NCBI RefSeq assembly: GCF_964188315.1
Contig: NC_135664.1
Span: 2,170,001 to 2,234,000 of the forward strand
Length of the DNA: 64,000 nt
Origin: Podarcis muralis
Taxonomy: Eukaryota
Direction: 5' to 3'
The position numbers and the translations under genes were made by a program. Positions 38,592 through 50,180 of the stretch are shown here, piece after piece. The notes under the pieces were generated by a model. It saw nothing but the letters and a program-made list of their open reading frames with translations. It was not told where the DNA came from and ran no database searches. Numbering within the stretch: the first letter of the stretch is position 1; each line of letters starts with the position of its first letter.

Positions 38592-41077
38592 CTTCACCCT
38601 TTCTTAAGAGAAATCCAGTGCCTGAATACTTCCAGAGGCAGACTGTGCTTGGATGAGAACTGGGAGCTACCAGCGGACTTTGATATTGTGAACTGGGTGA
38701 TGTTTCCCAATATCTCTTATGACATTGTGAAAATTGGGAATATAAGGAGAGAGACGTCTGCTGGAATAAAGTTCACCATTAACCCAGAAGCCATTGAGTG
38801 GCCCAAGAAATTCAATAAGGTAGGGTAAATCACAAAGGGAGAAGGCTAGGAGATGATTATTATGTTTTTCCTTAAACAACCGCTGAAAAATGACCATATC
38901 AGGATATCAGGTTGACCAATGGTGTCTTGACCGTCAATAACAGCTGCAACCACCACTCTTTCTTTTCACAGCAGCTGAGATAGGAGGTAAATTTGGGGTG
39001 CTCAAAGAAAGGATAGAGCACAGAGGTCCTCAGAGAAGACACCAGAATCTTCGACAGAAAGGACTACGTAGATAAGAAGAAAAGGGAAAGCCCCTAGTAA
39101 AAGTGAACTATTGGGTTTTCATACATGCAGAAGGATGGAAAGTAATTTATTTTAGAAATGATAATTACTGATTTATTGTGGATATTTTAAATTTATGGAG
39201 TAAGCTCACTTGTAGATGTTGCAAATGTTAAACTATTGTATGTGCAGAAATTGAGAAGTGCACGGCTGTTGGTGAAGGATGAGAAGTTAAAAAAAAAACC
39301 CTATTGTAATATAAGGTTAATGTTAAGGAATGGCATATGAACTAGAAATAACTAGGACATTCATCAGCAATAAGAGGAAACCTTGCATGCCTCAAAAACA
39401 GAGTGAGGGAAACCAATATTTGGAAAAGTTATATTAAATTTGTCTTAATTAGTGATTGAGAGATTATCCGAATCCTGAACTTTGGGGAAATCACATTTTA
39501 GACTCTATTGCCATTTTCTTTGAAGATTTATTAAGCAGGGAAGCAGGTAAACGGAGAAGAGGAATCAGAGGCCTGTGGCGCAAACCTCAGTTGTCCTGAA
39601 CGAATTATGAAGAACAAGATATTCTGGTCACCCCAATGGTCAGTGGGGGGTTGAAAGGACCCTGATGAGGGGTCAAAGGCTGCAGCCCAAAGATCCGTTT
39701 GAATTCACTCTATGAGGGAGTAACATACAAACAAATACTCCTAACTGTTCCCCTTTCTTGCACCTTCTTGTCTTTCAGGTTAGGCCGTGCCTCGTTCCAG
39801 GTGTAATGAAAAATGTCGACCTGGATATGCCAAGGTGGTTCTAGAAGGAAAGCCCATTTGCTGCTATGCTTGTGCTCGGTGTGCGGAAGGGACCTTCTCC
39901 GCCCAGGAAGGTGGGTGACGCCAAGGGGGAAGGTATTTCTGGAGAGAGTAAACACAGGGCAGTAATCCAGTCTCGCCCACTTTTTGTGAGATTTCTGCAG
40001 ACATTGGGGAATGTGGCTCCTTCCTCAACGTCTTTACAATCACCTTCATTACATCCTGGAAGAGAGTTGAAAGGAATGACCATAAGGAAGAAATCTCTAG
40101 GATTTCTTCAAAATGTAATCGAGTTCAGATCATCAGGGATGTAAGTGATGTTGCAGCCACTCTTTTTCTCTTCCCCAGATGCAGAACATTGCACCAAATG
40201 CTCAGAAGATCACCATTCAAACAAGGACAGAGATCAATGTGTCCCCAAGATTACCACCTTCCTGGCTTATGAAGAAAATTTGGGAATGGTTTTAGCTTCC
40301 GTTGCCCTCTTCTTATCTATAACAGCAGGCACTGTGTTGGGAATCTTCATTAAATACAAGGAAACTCCCATAGTCAAAGCCAACAACCGGGACCTTTCCT
40401 ACATCCTCCTCGTCTCCCTCCTGCTTTCCTTTTTGTCCTCCTTCCTCTTCATCGGGCGCCCAAGGAAAGAGACCTGCCTTCTCCGACAAACGGCCTTCAG
40501 CATCATCTTCTCAGCTGCTGTTTCTTCTGTCTTGGCAAAGACCATCACGGTGGTGCTGGCCTTCCTGGCCACAAAGCCCGGGAACAGGGTGAGGAGATGG
40601 CTGGGCAAGAGTCTGGCCAACTCCATTGTCATCTCCTGTTCTGGGGGGCAAGTTCTCATCTGCACCATCTGGCTGGGCTCTTCTCCCCCATTCCCAGAGC
40701 CCGACATGCGCTCCCAGGTGGAAGAGATCATCCTGCAATGCAACGAAGGGTCTGTGGCCATGTTTTACGTTGCCCTCGGCTCCCTGGGCTTCTTGGCTGC
40801 CACCTGCTTCACGGTGGCTTTCCTAGCCAGGAAGTTGCCCGGCTCCTTCAACGAAGCCAAGCTGATCACCTTCAGCATGCTGGTCTTCTGCAGTGTTTGG
40901 GTCTCTTTTGTGCCCACCTCCCTGAGCACCAAGGGCAAGTACATGGTGGCCGTGCAGATCTTCTCTATGTTGGCCTCCAGTGCTGGGCTTCTGGGCTGCA
41001 TCTTCCTTCCCAAGTGCTACATGATTGTGCTGAGGCCTGATCTGAACACAAAGGAGCACCTGACAACCAGAAATTAA
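38592..41077 (+). CDS. Vmn2r: V2R exons 4-6 (38592-38819, 39784-39910, 40179-41077), frame open but 5' exons missing
   Basis: 228-nt exon LHPFLREIQ...[12 protein letters not shown]...WPKKFNK, 127-nt CRD exon, 899-nt 7TM exon. Splice phases 0/0/1 are consistent. Confidence 0.93.
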
Positions 41078-43554
41078 GGGGACAGTTGATTCTTAAAATA
41101 TTCCATGTTCCCGATGCCCAGAAGTGCATAAAGGAAAGACACTTGCTCATCCATGTTGCTCATTCTTCATCTGTGAAAGAGATTGTGTTCCTTCTTAGCC
41201 CAGGTTTTGTGTAGTCCTGTTGACATGAACCGTAAGATGGGAGGAAATGTTTTGCTACCTTGCTTTGCCAAGGACTACAATGAGTCCTGGTCTACTGCCC
41301 TTAGTTTGTAAAGTTTTATCATTTAATCATTTTTTGCTTTGAGAAGTTATATTTATCTCACAACCAGATAGGCTGGAGGGAGAGAGGAGTTAGGTCTTTG
41401 AGTGTGATTCCTTTGTCCTAACTACCTATTAACCATATCAATTCTGATATTCAACAATAGTTTCTAGTTATGTCATTTCTATTTATTGAATTTTCTCCAT
41501 TTTCTACATGTATGCTGTATCATTCATAAGTACACTTCATGTCATTTCGTTCTCCTAAGCTTTGTATATCAATAAACTGAGAAATTCATTTAAGACATCT
41601 TCCGTAGTCTGTTGGTTTAATTTCTGTATTGTGTAAGCTCTGCTCTCTGTTCCAAAAAGTAGCAACTGACCTTAGCCAAGCCTTGACTGGAGTCCAATGG
41701 GTTTTATTACACTGGCCTGGATGTGACATGTTGTGCACTGATGTTGAGTGGATCACCAGATTACGAGTGAGCCAGCAAGAAGTTTAGCATTGGAGGAAAG
41801 CAATGAGACGATGCCAGATAAGTTGTATTCCCTGCCTGCCAAACCTTTTAAGAGGAGGCATCTTATGCTCAGTCAGGAAGGAAAAGCAAGAGGCCTCCTC
41901 CTCCAACTCAGGTTCCTCCCATTCAGGTCCCCATTATAGAGCAAAGCCAAGATCAAAAGGGCAAGTAAAAATAATTTACTGACAAAGCATTTATATTAAT
42001 TAGTCAAGATTGCATCCTACTTAAACTTTCATCACTTCAAATTGGTGGAAACTCTCATTCTTATTACGATTCAACTTGTAGCATTCCAATGAAGGGTGCT
42101 ATATAAATTTAAGCTGGGAGCAGCCTCTGGCTTGACTTATTTCATTATTCTTACTAATATTAATAAGTAATAAAGTATGAATTTGGGGGGAGGGGAATAC
42201 ATTACATTAGTGTCCAGTCATTGCATTTCTATAGGATACTTCATTTCAATCAATCAATCAATCAATCAATCAAATCTTTATTACAGTAGTAGACCAGCAT
42301 CAGTAGAGTGGGGTACAATCATTTTCAGTCTGTAAAACATTTCGGAAAGCGAAAAAGTATTTAACACAAAGTATATATAAAAGTCTAAAAGACGCTAAAA
42401 GAAGGGTTTGGGAGCATTAAACAGATGTGGAAGAGCATAAAAGGTTAGTATATAAAGACTATGGCCACCAATTTACAGAGCACTCTGATATGAGTGTTCA
42501 TTAAATCTAGCATAATAATAGTAATGAAAAGGTGTTGCAATGGAGGAGTGCAGGGAAAAGAAAACTCCTTGCACTCATTCTTTCTTGCTAAAGAATTAAA
42601 AGATTTCTCTGCTTTTCTCCTTCTTTTTCCCTTGGGTGGTGTGTTCAGCGGTCACCCTCAGGGGAAACAGGTCCCCCCCCCCCTTGGAGGAAATGGACTG
42701 ATCGGAACCTGGCTGTGACATCGGCTCAGAATCCCAGCCTCACTTTACAGTTGAGGCCAACAGCCTTTGGGTGGTTTCTCTGCAAGTGAATCAGAAAAAA
42801 CTCTTATTGGACACCGAAAAAGCAAAGTCTGAAGACTGATGTCTGGAGAAATGGTGAGGGGACCAGCAGGAAACTGCTAAGGGAGTTTTGAGTCCTTTTA
42901 TTCTGTTGCAGTTGCAGAGAAAGGAGGGTGGGGGGTGGGGGGGTGGGGTCCGCCCCAGGTGTCATCACTGAGGGGGGTGGGAAAAGGACATAAAGCCGAG
43001 TTTAAAATAAAAATAAAAATTGGGCTCACCAAACCTTTTAGTTGAGTCAAAAAACGCGGCTGGCACTGGGCGCCGCATCGCGGGGGCTGGCACTTACCGG
43101 GGGGGGGTGTGTGCAGAGTGCCTGATCCACGCATCTCTCCTGGGGGTGACTTGGTGGCTTGGGCCCCTGCAGGCTGGGTGCTGCCTGAAACAGAAGCGTG
43201 GGGCTTGCGTCTGCCCCCTGCCTCTCCCTCAGCCGCCCTACAGCTGGGGGGGAGGCAGAGGATGGGCTCCAGAAAGCCCACAGGACCCCCGCGTTGAACC
43301 GGGCACCCAAGCAGCTGGCTATACCCCTGTTCTGTTGTTTGAATTATGGGTGCCTTGAGAGTGAATGTGCTGTGCTTGCTGCCCCACTCGTCCTGATGGA
43401 CCAGCCCCCCATGGCGCCAGGGCTGTAGGGCTTCCCTGGCTAGCGACTCAATGTGGGCAGGAGAGTTTGCCTTCTGGGTTCCTCTCTCATTTTGGGATGC
43501 TCTCTTTCTCCTCTCTCCCCACCGTCAACTCTGGGGTCCTGTCTCTGCTAGCAG

Positions 43555-45548
43555 TCAGCCATTGAGGAGGACATTCTCAATGACAAGGAGGACGAAGGAA
43601 AAGGCGAGGAGGAGACCGCAAAACGGCTGGATCTCCTCAGCCCTGACTGGGTAGGTGGCCGTGGCCTAAGTGGTGATTGGCAGAAGGGGAGGGGGGCATA
43701 TCAATCGTAGGATGAGACTGTTGTTTCAGTTATGGGTGCCTTGAGTTTTAACGTTTGGTTGCGTTTTTTAATTGCTCGTTTTTTGCATCTTTTCCTTGCA
43801 GGTTCCAAGTATGTCACCATTTTCTAGTGTTTCCTCCCTGTCCTCCCTGGATTCCCTTTGGGACTCCCTCAATGAGGTAAGTAGCAGACAGAGCAGGAGG
43901 GAAGCCCTGCTGAGCTGCACATGGGCAACCCTGAGGCTGGGGAGGAGGAGGAAGAGGAGGAAGAGGAGGATGCTGGCTGGCTGACCGGCCAGGCCACCTT
44001 CTGGACGGTTGAGAGCAAGGGGGCAAACAGGCAGGGGGCTGCTAAGGGCAGACCATGCTTGCTGCCCCACTCCTCCTGATGGACCAGCCCCCCATGGCGC
44101 CAGGGCTGTAGGGCTTCCCTGGCTAGCGACTCAATGTAGGCAAGAGAGTTTCCCTTCTGGGTTCCTCTCTCATTTTGGGATGCTCTCTTTCTCCTCTCTC
44201 CCCACCGTCAACTCTGGGGTCCTGTCTCTGCTAGCAGTCAGCCACCGAGGAGGACATTCTCAATGTCAAGGAGGACGAAGGAAAAGGCGAGGAGGAGACC
44301 GCAAAACGGCTGGATCTCCTCAGCCCTGACTGGGTAGGTGGCCGTGGCCTAAGTGGTGATTGGCAGAAGGGGAGGGAAGCATATCAACCGCAGAATGGAA
44401 CTGTTGTTTCAGTTATGGGTGCCTTGAGTTTTAACGTTTGGTTGCGTTTTTTAATTGCTCGTTTTTTGCATCTTTTCCTTGCAGGTTCCAAGTATGTCAC
44501 CATTTTCCAGTGTTTCCTCCCTGTCCTCCCTGGATTCCCTTTGGGACTCCCTCAATGAGGTACGTAGCAGACAGAGCAGGAGGGAAGCCCTGCTGAGCTG
44601 GAGAACCCTGAGGCTGGGGAGGAGGAGGAGGAGGAGGAAGCCGGCTGGCCGGTCAGGCCACCTTCTGGACTGGTCGTGAGCAAGGGGGCAGGCAGGCAGG
44701 CAGGCAGGGGGCTGCTAAGGGTATGCTTGCTGCCCTACTTGTCCTGATGGACCAGCCCCCCATGGCGCCAGGGCTGTAGGGCTTCCCTGGCTAGCGACTC
44801 AATGTGGGTTCCTGTCTCATTCTGGGCTGCTCTCTTTCTCCCCTCTCCCCACCACCAATGCCACCACCTCTGGGGTCCTGTCTCTGCTGGCAGGCAGCCT
44901 CTGAAGTGGCTATCGAGGAGGAAGAGCCACAGGAAGTACCAGAGAGCCCCCCAGAGGAGGACGGGGAGGCCCTTTATTTGCCGTGCACCCCACCTGGAGA
45001 ACACCTGGAGGCAAGCGTAATCGAGGTCAGACGAAACATACATTCATTCATGACATATGAAAAGCTTCCCTGAACAGGGCTGCCTTCAGATGTCTTCTAA
45101 AAGTCAGATATCGACTCAATGCGGGCAGGAGAGTTTGGCTTCTGGGTTCCTGCCTGTCTCATTTTGGGCTGCTCTCTTTCTCCCCTCTCCCCCCCCCCCC
45201 CACCACTGCCACCACTTCTGGGCTGGTTCCTCCATCCTGTCCAGGCCAACAGTCATCCTCTGAGGATGAAATATCCCATGACAAAGTGACAGAGGAGGAG
45301 GGAAGCCAGAGTGGCCAGAGAGACCCTTGTAGTGTCAGGCCGGGTTGCAGAGGGTTCTGGGATGTCTGTCCCCTCTTCCCAGCGCTGCTGACAGCCCTAT
45401 TCCTCCGCAGTTCCCCGAAATGGATATCGGTCCAGACAGCTCCCTGAGCTTAGACCACGAAGCCGAAGAGAGCGACACCTTCTGGGACTCTGTAGACCTC
45501 AAGGAGGGATGTGGCAGACAGAGGAGGCAACCTGTAAAGAGCTGTTAA
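43555..45548 (+). CDS. Third copy of the novel gene with extra exon modules (43555-43650, 43802-43876, 44238-44333, 44485-44559, 44894-45025, 45253-45333, 45411-)
   Basis: Each module keeps AG/GT, a length divisible by 3 and an open frame. The copy is cut off by an L1 fragment near 45550. Confidence 0.55.
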
Positions 45549-45549
45549 C

Positions 45550-46330
45550 AGAAGCAGAAGATCAGTTAAAGTTGAAAAAGTTTGAGTATATCAGAGATTT
45601 ACTAACAGATTGGTTACAGTATTATCAATTAAATGATGTTTTCAAACTTGATTAAGAAATATGTCTTAAAACGGAGATATCAAAATTCGAAAGAGATCTG
45701 TTGGGAAATACGGTAATGTGAAATTGCTATCTAAAATGTATAAATTGATTTTAGAATGGTATACTAACGATGAAGAAGTTATATCTGTAATGATACACTG
45801 GGCAAGAGATTTTGGTTATAGTTTTCACAATGGGAATAGTTATGGAAGAAATTTACAGCTTGCTGTACGTTGAAGGAAAGTTACATGAAAATGATGAATT
45901 GTTGGTACCCGGCAGCCAGTAAACTAGCAAAAATGTACAGAACAGGTTGAAACATGTGTTGGAAATGTAAGAAGAAGGAAGGTACATTTTATTACATGTG
46001 GTGGACATGTGGGGTGGTAAAAGAATTCTGGGAAATGATATATAATGAAATGGGGGGGGGAAATGTTTGAGATAACTTTTGTTAAAAAAACCAGAAGCTT
46101 TATTATTAGGGATGACAGGTGCTGAACTACCAAGAGATAAGAAAAGACTGTTTATGGATGTGGCGACAGCAGCATGGATGCTCCTAGCCCAGAGGTGGAA
46201 AGAAGACAAAGGACTGACCAGAGAAGAAGGGCAGACCAAATGGATGGAGTACGCGGAAATGGTAAAGCTGAAATGGTAAAGCAATCAGGAAGATCATATT
46301 TTTACAAGGGACTGGAATGATTTTTTAAAA
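45550..46330 (+). mobile_element. L1 ORF2 C-terminal fragment, decayed
   Basis: CWKCKKKEGTFYYMWWTC-like zinc knuckle, followed by KKPEALLLG...AAWMLLAQRWKE...MEYAEM. Confidence 0.85.
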
Positions 46331-46586
46331 ATATATATATATTTTTAATTATTTTTTTTAACATATCATTTTCAACGGTAATTAAACATACTTTTACATC
46401 TTATTCAAATTTTTGACTTCCATCAATCCTGTCTGAACTGGAATGATTTTGTAACCTTTTTGGGAGACCACAGTAAGCAGTTGAAAAAAGCAGCAGCTTT
46501 ATAACCAACACTTGCAAAGCAATGTGAACTTTGGAAATTGTGGATATATACTAGATAGATTACAATGAAAGATGCAGGAACGCTGC

Positions 46587-46628
<42 letters not shown>

Positions 46629-46768
46629 GTCTGTCAGAACCCAGGGAGGGAGGTCCGAAGGTTTGGGTAACCTTTTATCTTGTTTTTAATTGAATGGAAT
46701 AATTGTTATGTATATATATTGTGTAAAACCAAATATATACTGTTAAGAGTGCATAACATATACATATG

Positions 46769-46813
<45 letters not shown>
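46587..46813. repeat. (CTAT)n and (CA)n microsatellites
   Basis: Direct reading at ~46587-46628 and ~46771-46813. Confidence 0.95.
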
Positions 46814-46816
<3 letters not shown>

Positions 46817-46855
46817 TGGGAAGAAATCCCTCACCCCCCCAGCTTAGACTACAAA

Positions 46856-48549
46856 GCCTCTGAGGGCGTGCAGAGTGCAAATCCCCCCAGGGGCCCCTCT
46901 CTCTCCCGGGCTCACCTGGGGGCCCTGCCCCTGCCAGCCTCTCCGGCCTCTGAGGGCGTGCAGAGTGCAAATCCCCCCAGGGGCCCCTCTCTCTCCCGGG
47001 CTCACCTGGGGGCCCTGCCCCTGCCAGCCTCTCCGGCCTCTGAGGGCGTGCAGAGTGCAAATCCCCCCAGGGGCCCCTCTCTCTCCCTGGCTCACCTGGG
47101 GGTCCTGCCCCTGCCAGCCTCTCCGGCCTCTGAGGGCGTGCAGAGTGCAAATCCCCCCAGGGGCCCCTCTCTGTCCCGGGCTCACCTGGGGGCCTTCCCC
47201 CTGCCAGCCTGTGCGGCCTCTGAGGGCGTGCAGAGTGCGAATCCCCCCAGGGGCCCCTCTCTCTCCTGGGGGCCCTGCCCCTGCCAGCCTCTCCGGCCTC
47301 TGAGGGCGTGCAGAGTGCAGATCCCCCCAGGGGCCCCTCTCTCTCCTGGGGGCCCTGCCCCTGCCAGCCTGTGCGGCCTCTGAGGGCGTGCAGAGTGCAG
47401 ATCCCCCCAGGGGCCCCTCTCTCTCCTGGGGGCCCTGCCCCTTCCAGCCTCTCCGGCCTCTGAGGGCGTGCAGAGTGCAAATCCCCCCAGGGGCCCCTCT
47501 CTGTCCCGGGCTCACCTGGGGGTCCTGCCCCTGCCAGCCTCCCCGGCCTCTGAGGGCGTGCAGAGTGCAGATCCCCCCAGGGGCCCCTCTCTGTCCTGGG
47601 CTCACCTGGGGGCCCTGCCCCTGCCAGCCTCTCCGGCCTCTGAGGGCGTGCAGAGTGCAAATCCCCCCAGGGGCCCCTCTCTGTCCCGGGCTCACCTGGG
47701 GGCCCTGCCCCTGCCAGCCTCCCCGGCCTCTGAGGGCGTGCAGAGTGCAGATCCCCCCAGGGGCCCCTCTCTGTCCTGGGCTCACCTGGGGGCCCTGCCC
47801 CTTCCAGCCTCTCTGGCCTCTGAGGGCGTGCAGAGTGCAAATCCCCCCAGGGGCCCCTCTCTCTCCCTGGCTCACCTGGGGGTCCTGCCCCTGCCAGCCT
47901 CTCTGGCCTCTGAGGGCGTGCAGAGTGCAGATCCCCCCAGGGGCCCCTCTCTCTCCCTGGCTCACCTGGGGACCCATGCCCTGCCAGCCTCTCCGGCATC
48001 TGAGGGCGTGCAGAGTGCAGATCCCCCCAGGGGCCCCTCTCTCTCCCTGGCTCACCTGGGGACCCATGCCCTGCCAGCCTCTCCGGCCTCTGAGGGCGTG
48101 CAGAGTGCAGATCCCCCCAGGGGCCCCTCTCTCTCCCTGGCTCACCTGGGGACCCATGCCCTGCCAGCCTCTCTGGCCTCTGAGGGCGTGCAGAGTGCAG
48201 ATCCCCCCAGGGGCCCCTCTCTCTCCTGGGGGCCTTCCCCCTGCCAGCCTCTCCGGCCTCTGAGGGCGTGCAGAGTGCAGATCCCCCAGGGGCCCCTCTC
48301 TCTCCCGGGCTCACCTGGGGGCCCTGCCCCTGCCAGCCTCTCCGGCCTCTGAGGGCGTGCAGAGTGCAAATCCCCCCAGGGGCCCCTCTCTGTCCCGGGC
48401 TCACCTGGGGGTCCTGCCCCTGCCAGCCTCCCCGGCCTCTGAGGGCGTGCAGAGTGCAGATCCCCCCAGGGGCCCCTCTCTCTCCCAGGCTCACCTGGGG
48501 GCCTTCCCCCTGCCAGCCTGTGCGGCCTCTGAGGGCGTGCAGAGTGCAG
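46856..48549 (-). repeat. Inverted second array of the 80/90-bp minisatellite, ~20 units, mostly 90 bp
   Basis: Reverse complement of the units at 1-4178, including the terminal flank GTAGTCTAAGCT...TTCTTCCCATT. Confidence 0.97.
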
Positions 48550-49102
48550 CTGGACGGGCTGCAGGCGCTGGTGTCCCTGGCGGAGGCAGAGGCAGGAGGG
48601 CCATGGGGCCGGGCCTTTCTCTGTCCTCGGAGGGGAAGGGGCCACCTTCCAAAGGCCCTGCGACTCCCGCCAGCCTCCGCCGTGGTCCAGGCTGCGGAGC
48701 GGCGGCAGTTGCAGTCTAGTTCCCAGCATGCACTGCCAGCTCCCTCAGGCCAACGGTCGATTCCCAGCATGCCCTGCTGTGGGGTTTTGTATTAATTTGA
48801 AATTTAACCGTTTTTTCCAGTGTATAACCAAATGAATAAATCCCAAGTGGTATTCTCTTAGGTTTCACATTAGCTTTCTTGATAAATTAGGTTTCATTTC
48901 CCTCACGTCCTTCTTCCCAGCATGCTTTGCTGCCTCTTCTCACAAACAAGGATCCTGTTTCCTGTAATTGAAATTTACCCATTTCCCAATGTATAACTGA
49001 ATGAATAAATCTGAAGGTTTCACTTATTAGCTTTATTGATAAATTATGCTTTATTAGGGTTGATTTCATTTCCTTCACATCCTTCTTCCCAGCATGCTTT
49101 GC
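48550..49102 (-). promoter_or_regulatory. CpG-rich promoter-like region with four ZNF143/Staf-type sites
   Basis: TTCCCAGCATGC at 48720, 48761, 48914 and 49086. The last two sit in a degenerate ~170-bp tandem duplication. Confidence 0.55.
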
Positions 49103-49496
49103 TACCCCACCTTCTCACAAGTATCCCGTTTCCTATTTTATTTTTCACTAGACATATTTGGATTCTTCCATTTAGACTTGCAGGAGGGGCAGCGTTTGGG
49201 AATCCCTGTGAATGATTATAACAACAAGAGATTCAGATTATGTTTATATGTCAAATGCTTCATAGGGGTGGCAGGTCCCAGTGAAACATAGCTTCATTTG
49301 GTGGTATTCACAACCTTTTTTTTGTATTCTCTTTGTATCAGGTCAGTTCTGTTCCAATTCATTGTGCAGTCTCTTGAGAATGTATTTTATGCTATGAACC
49401 CCTTAAACTAGACGACTTGGTGCATTTTTTTCCTTTTTGGTTATTTTATATTTCTTACTGGAATGTTATTTTAACTTTACAATTTATATATATAAA

Positions 49497-50180
49497 GCTC
49501 AACATCAAATAAAACAAAGATCATGGCCACTGGTCCCATCACCTCCTGGCAAATAGAAGGGGAAGAAATGGAGGCAGTGAGAGATTTTACTTTCTTGGGC
49601 TCCATGATCACTGCAGATGGTGACAGCAGCCGCGAAATTAAAAGACGTCTCCTTCTTGGGAGAAAAGCAATGACAAACCTGGACAGCATCTTAAAAAGCA
49701 GAGATATCACCTTGCCAACAAAGGTCCATATAGTTAAAGCTATGGTTTTCCCAGTAGTGATGTATGGAAGTGAGAGCTGGACCATAAAGAAGGCTGATCG
49801 CCGAAGAATTGATGCTTTTGAATTATGGTGCTGGAGGAGACTCTTGAGAGTCCCATGGACTGCAAGAAGATCAAATGTATCCATTCTTAAGGAAATTAGC
49901 CCTGAGTGCTCACTGGAAGGACAGATCGTGAAGCTGAGGCTCCAGTACTTTGGCCACCTCATGAGAAGAGAAGACTCCCTGGAAAAGACCCTGATGTTGG
50001 GAAAGATGGAGGGCACAAGGACAAGGGGACGACAGAGGATGAGATGGTGGGACAGTGTTCTGGAAGCTACCAGCATGAGTTTGACCAAACTGCGGGAGGC
50101 AGTGGAAGACAGGAGTGCCTGGCGTGCTCTGGTCCATGGGGTCACGAAGAATCGGACACGACTAAACGACTAAACAACAA
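49497..50180 (+). mobile_element. RTE-BovB LINE, 5'-truncated 3' fragment
   Basis: ORF 49523-50173 (EIKRRLLLGRKAM, RRRIDAFELWCWRRLLRVPW, RLQYFGHLMRR). Tail CTAAACGACTAAACAAC. Confidence 0.95.

Larger units (their letters stand above)
24991..41077. repeat. Right arm of giant palindrome
   Basis: Reverse complement of 7099-23185 apart from scattered SNPs, homopolymer length changes and the exon-6 patches. Confidence 0.97.

Noticed and set aside
7099-41077. Palindrome as a pure assembly or fold-back read artefact
   Set aside because: Considered unlikely, though not excluded without reads: the arms differ by SNPs and conversion tracts, and the spacer has unique, biologically interpretable content.
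45853-46284. 143-aa minus-strand ORF
   Set aside because: Antisense of a decayed L1 ORF2 fragment.
46743-48770. 675-aa ORF across the right minisatellite
   Set aside because: Non-ATG start, it ends in a (TG)n tract, and it is explained by repeat composition.
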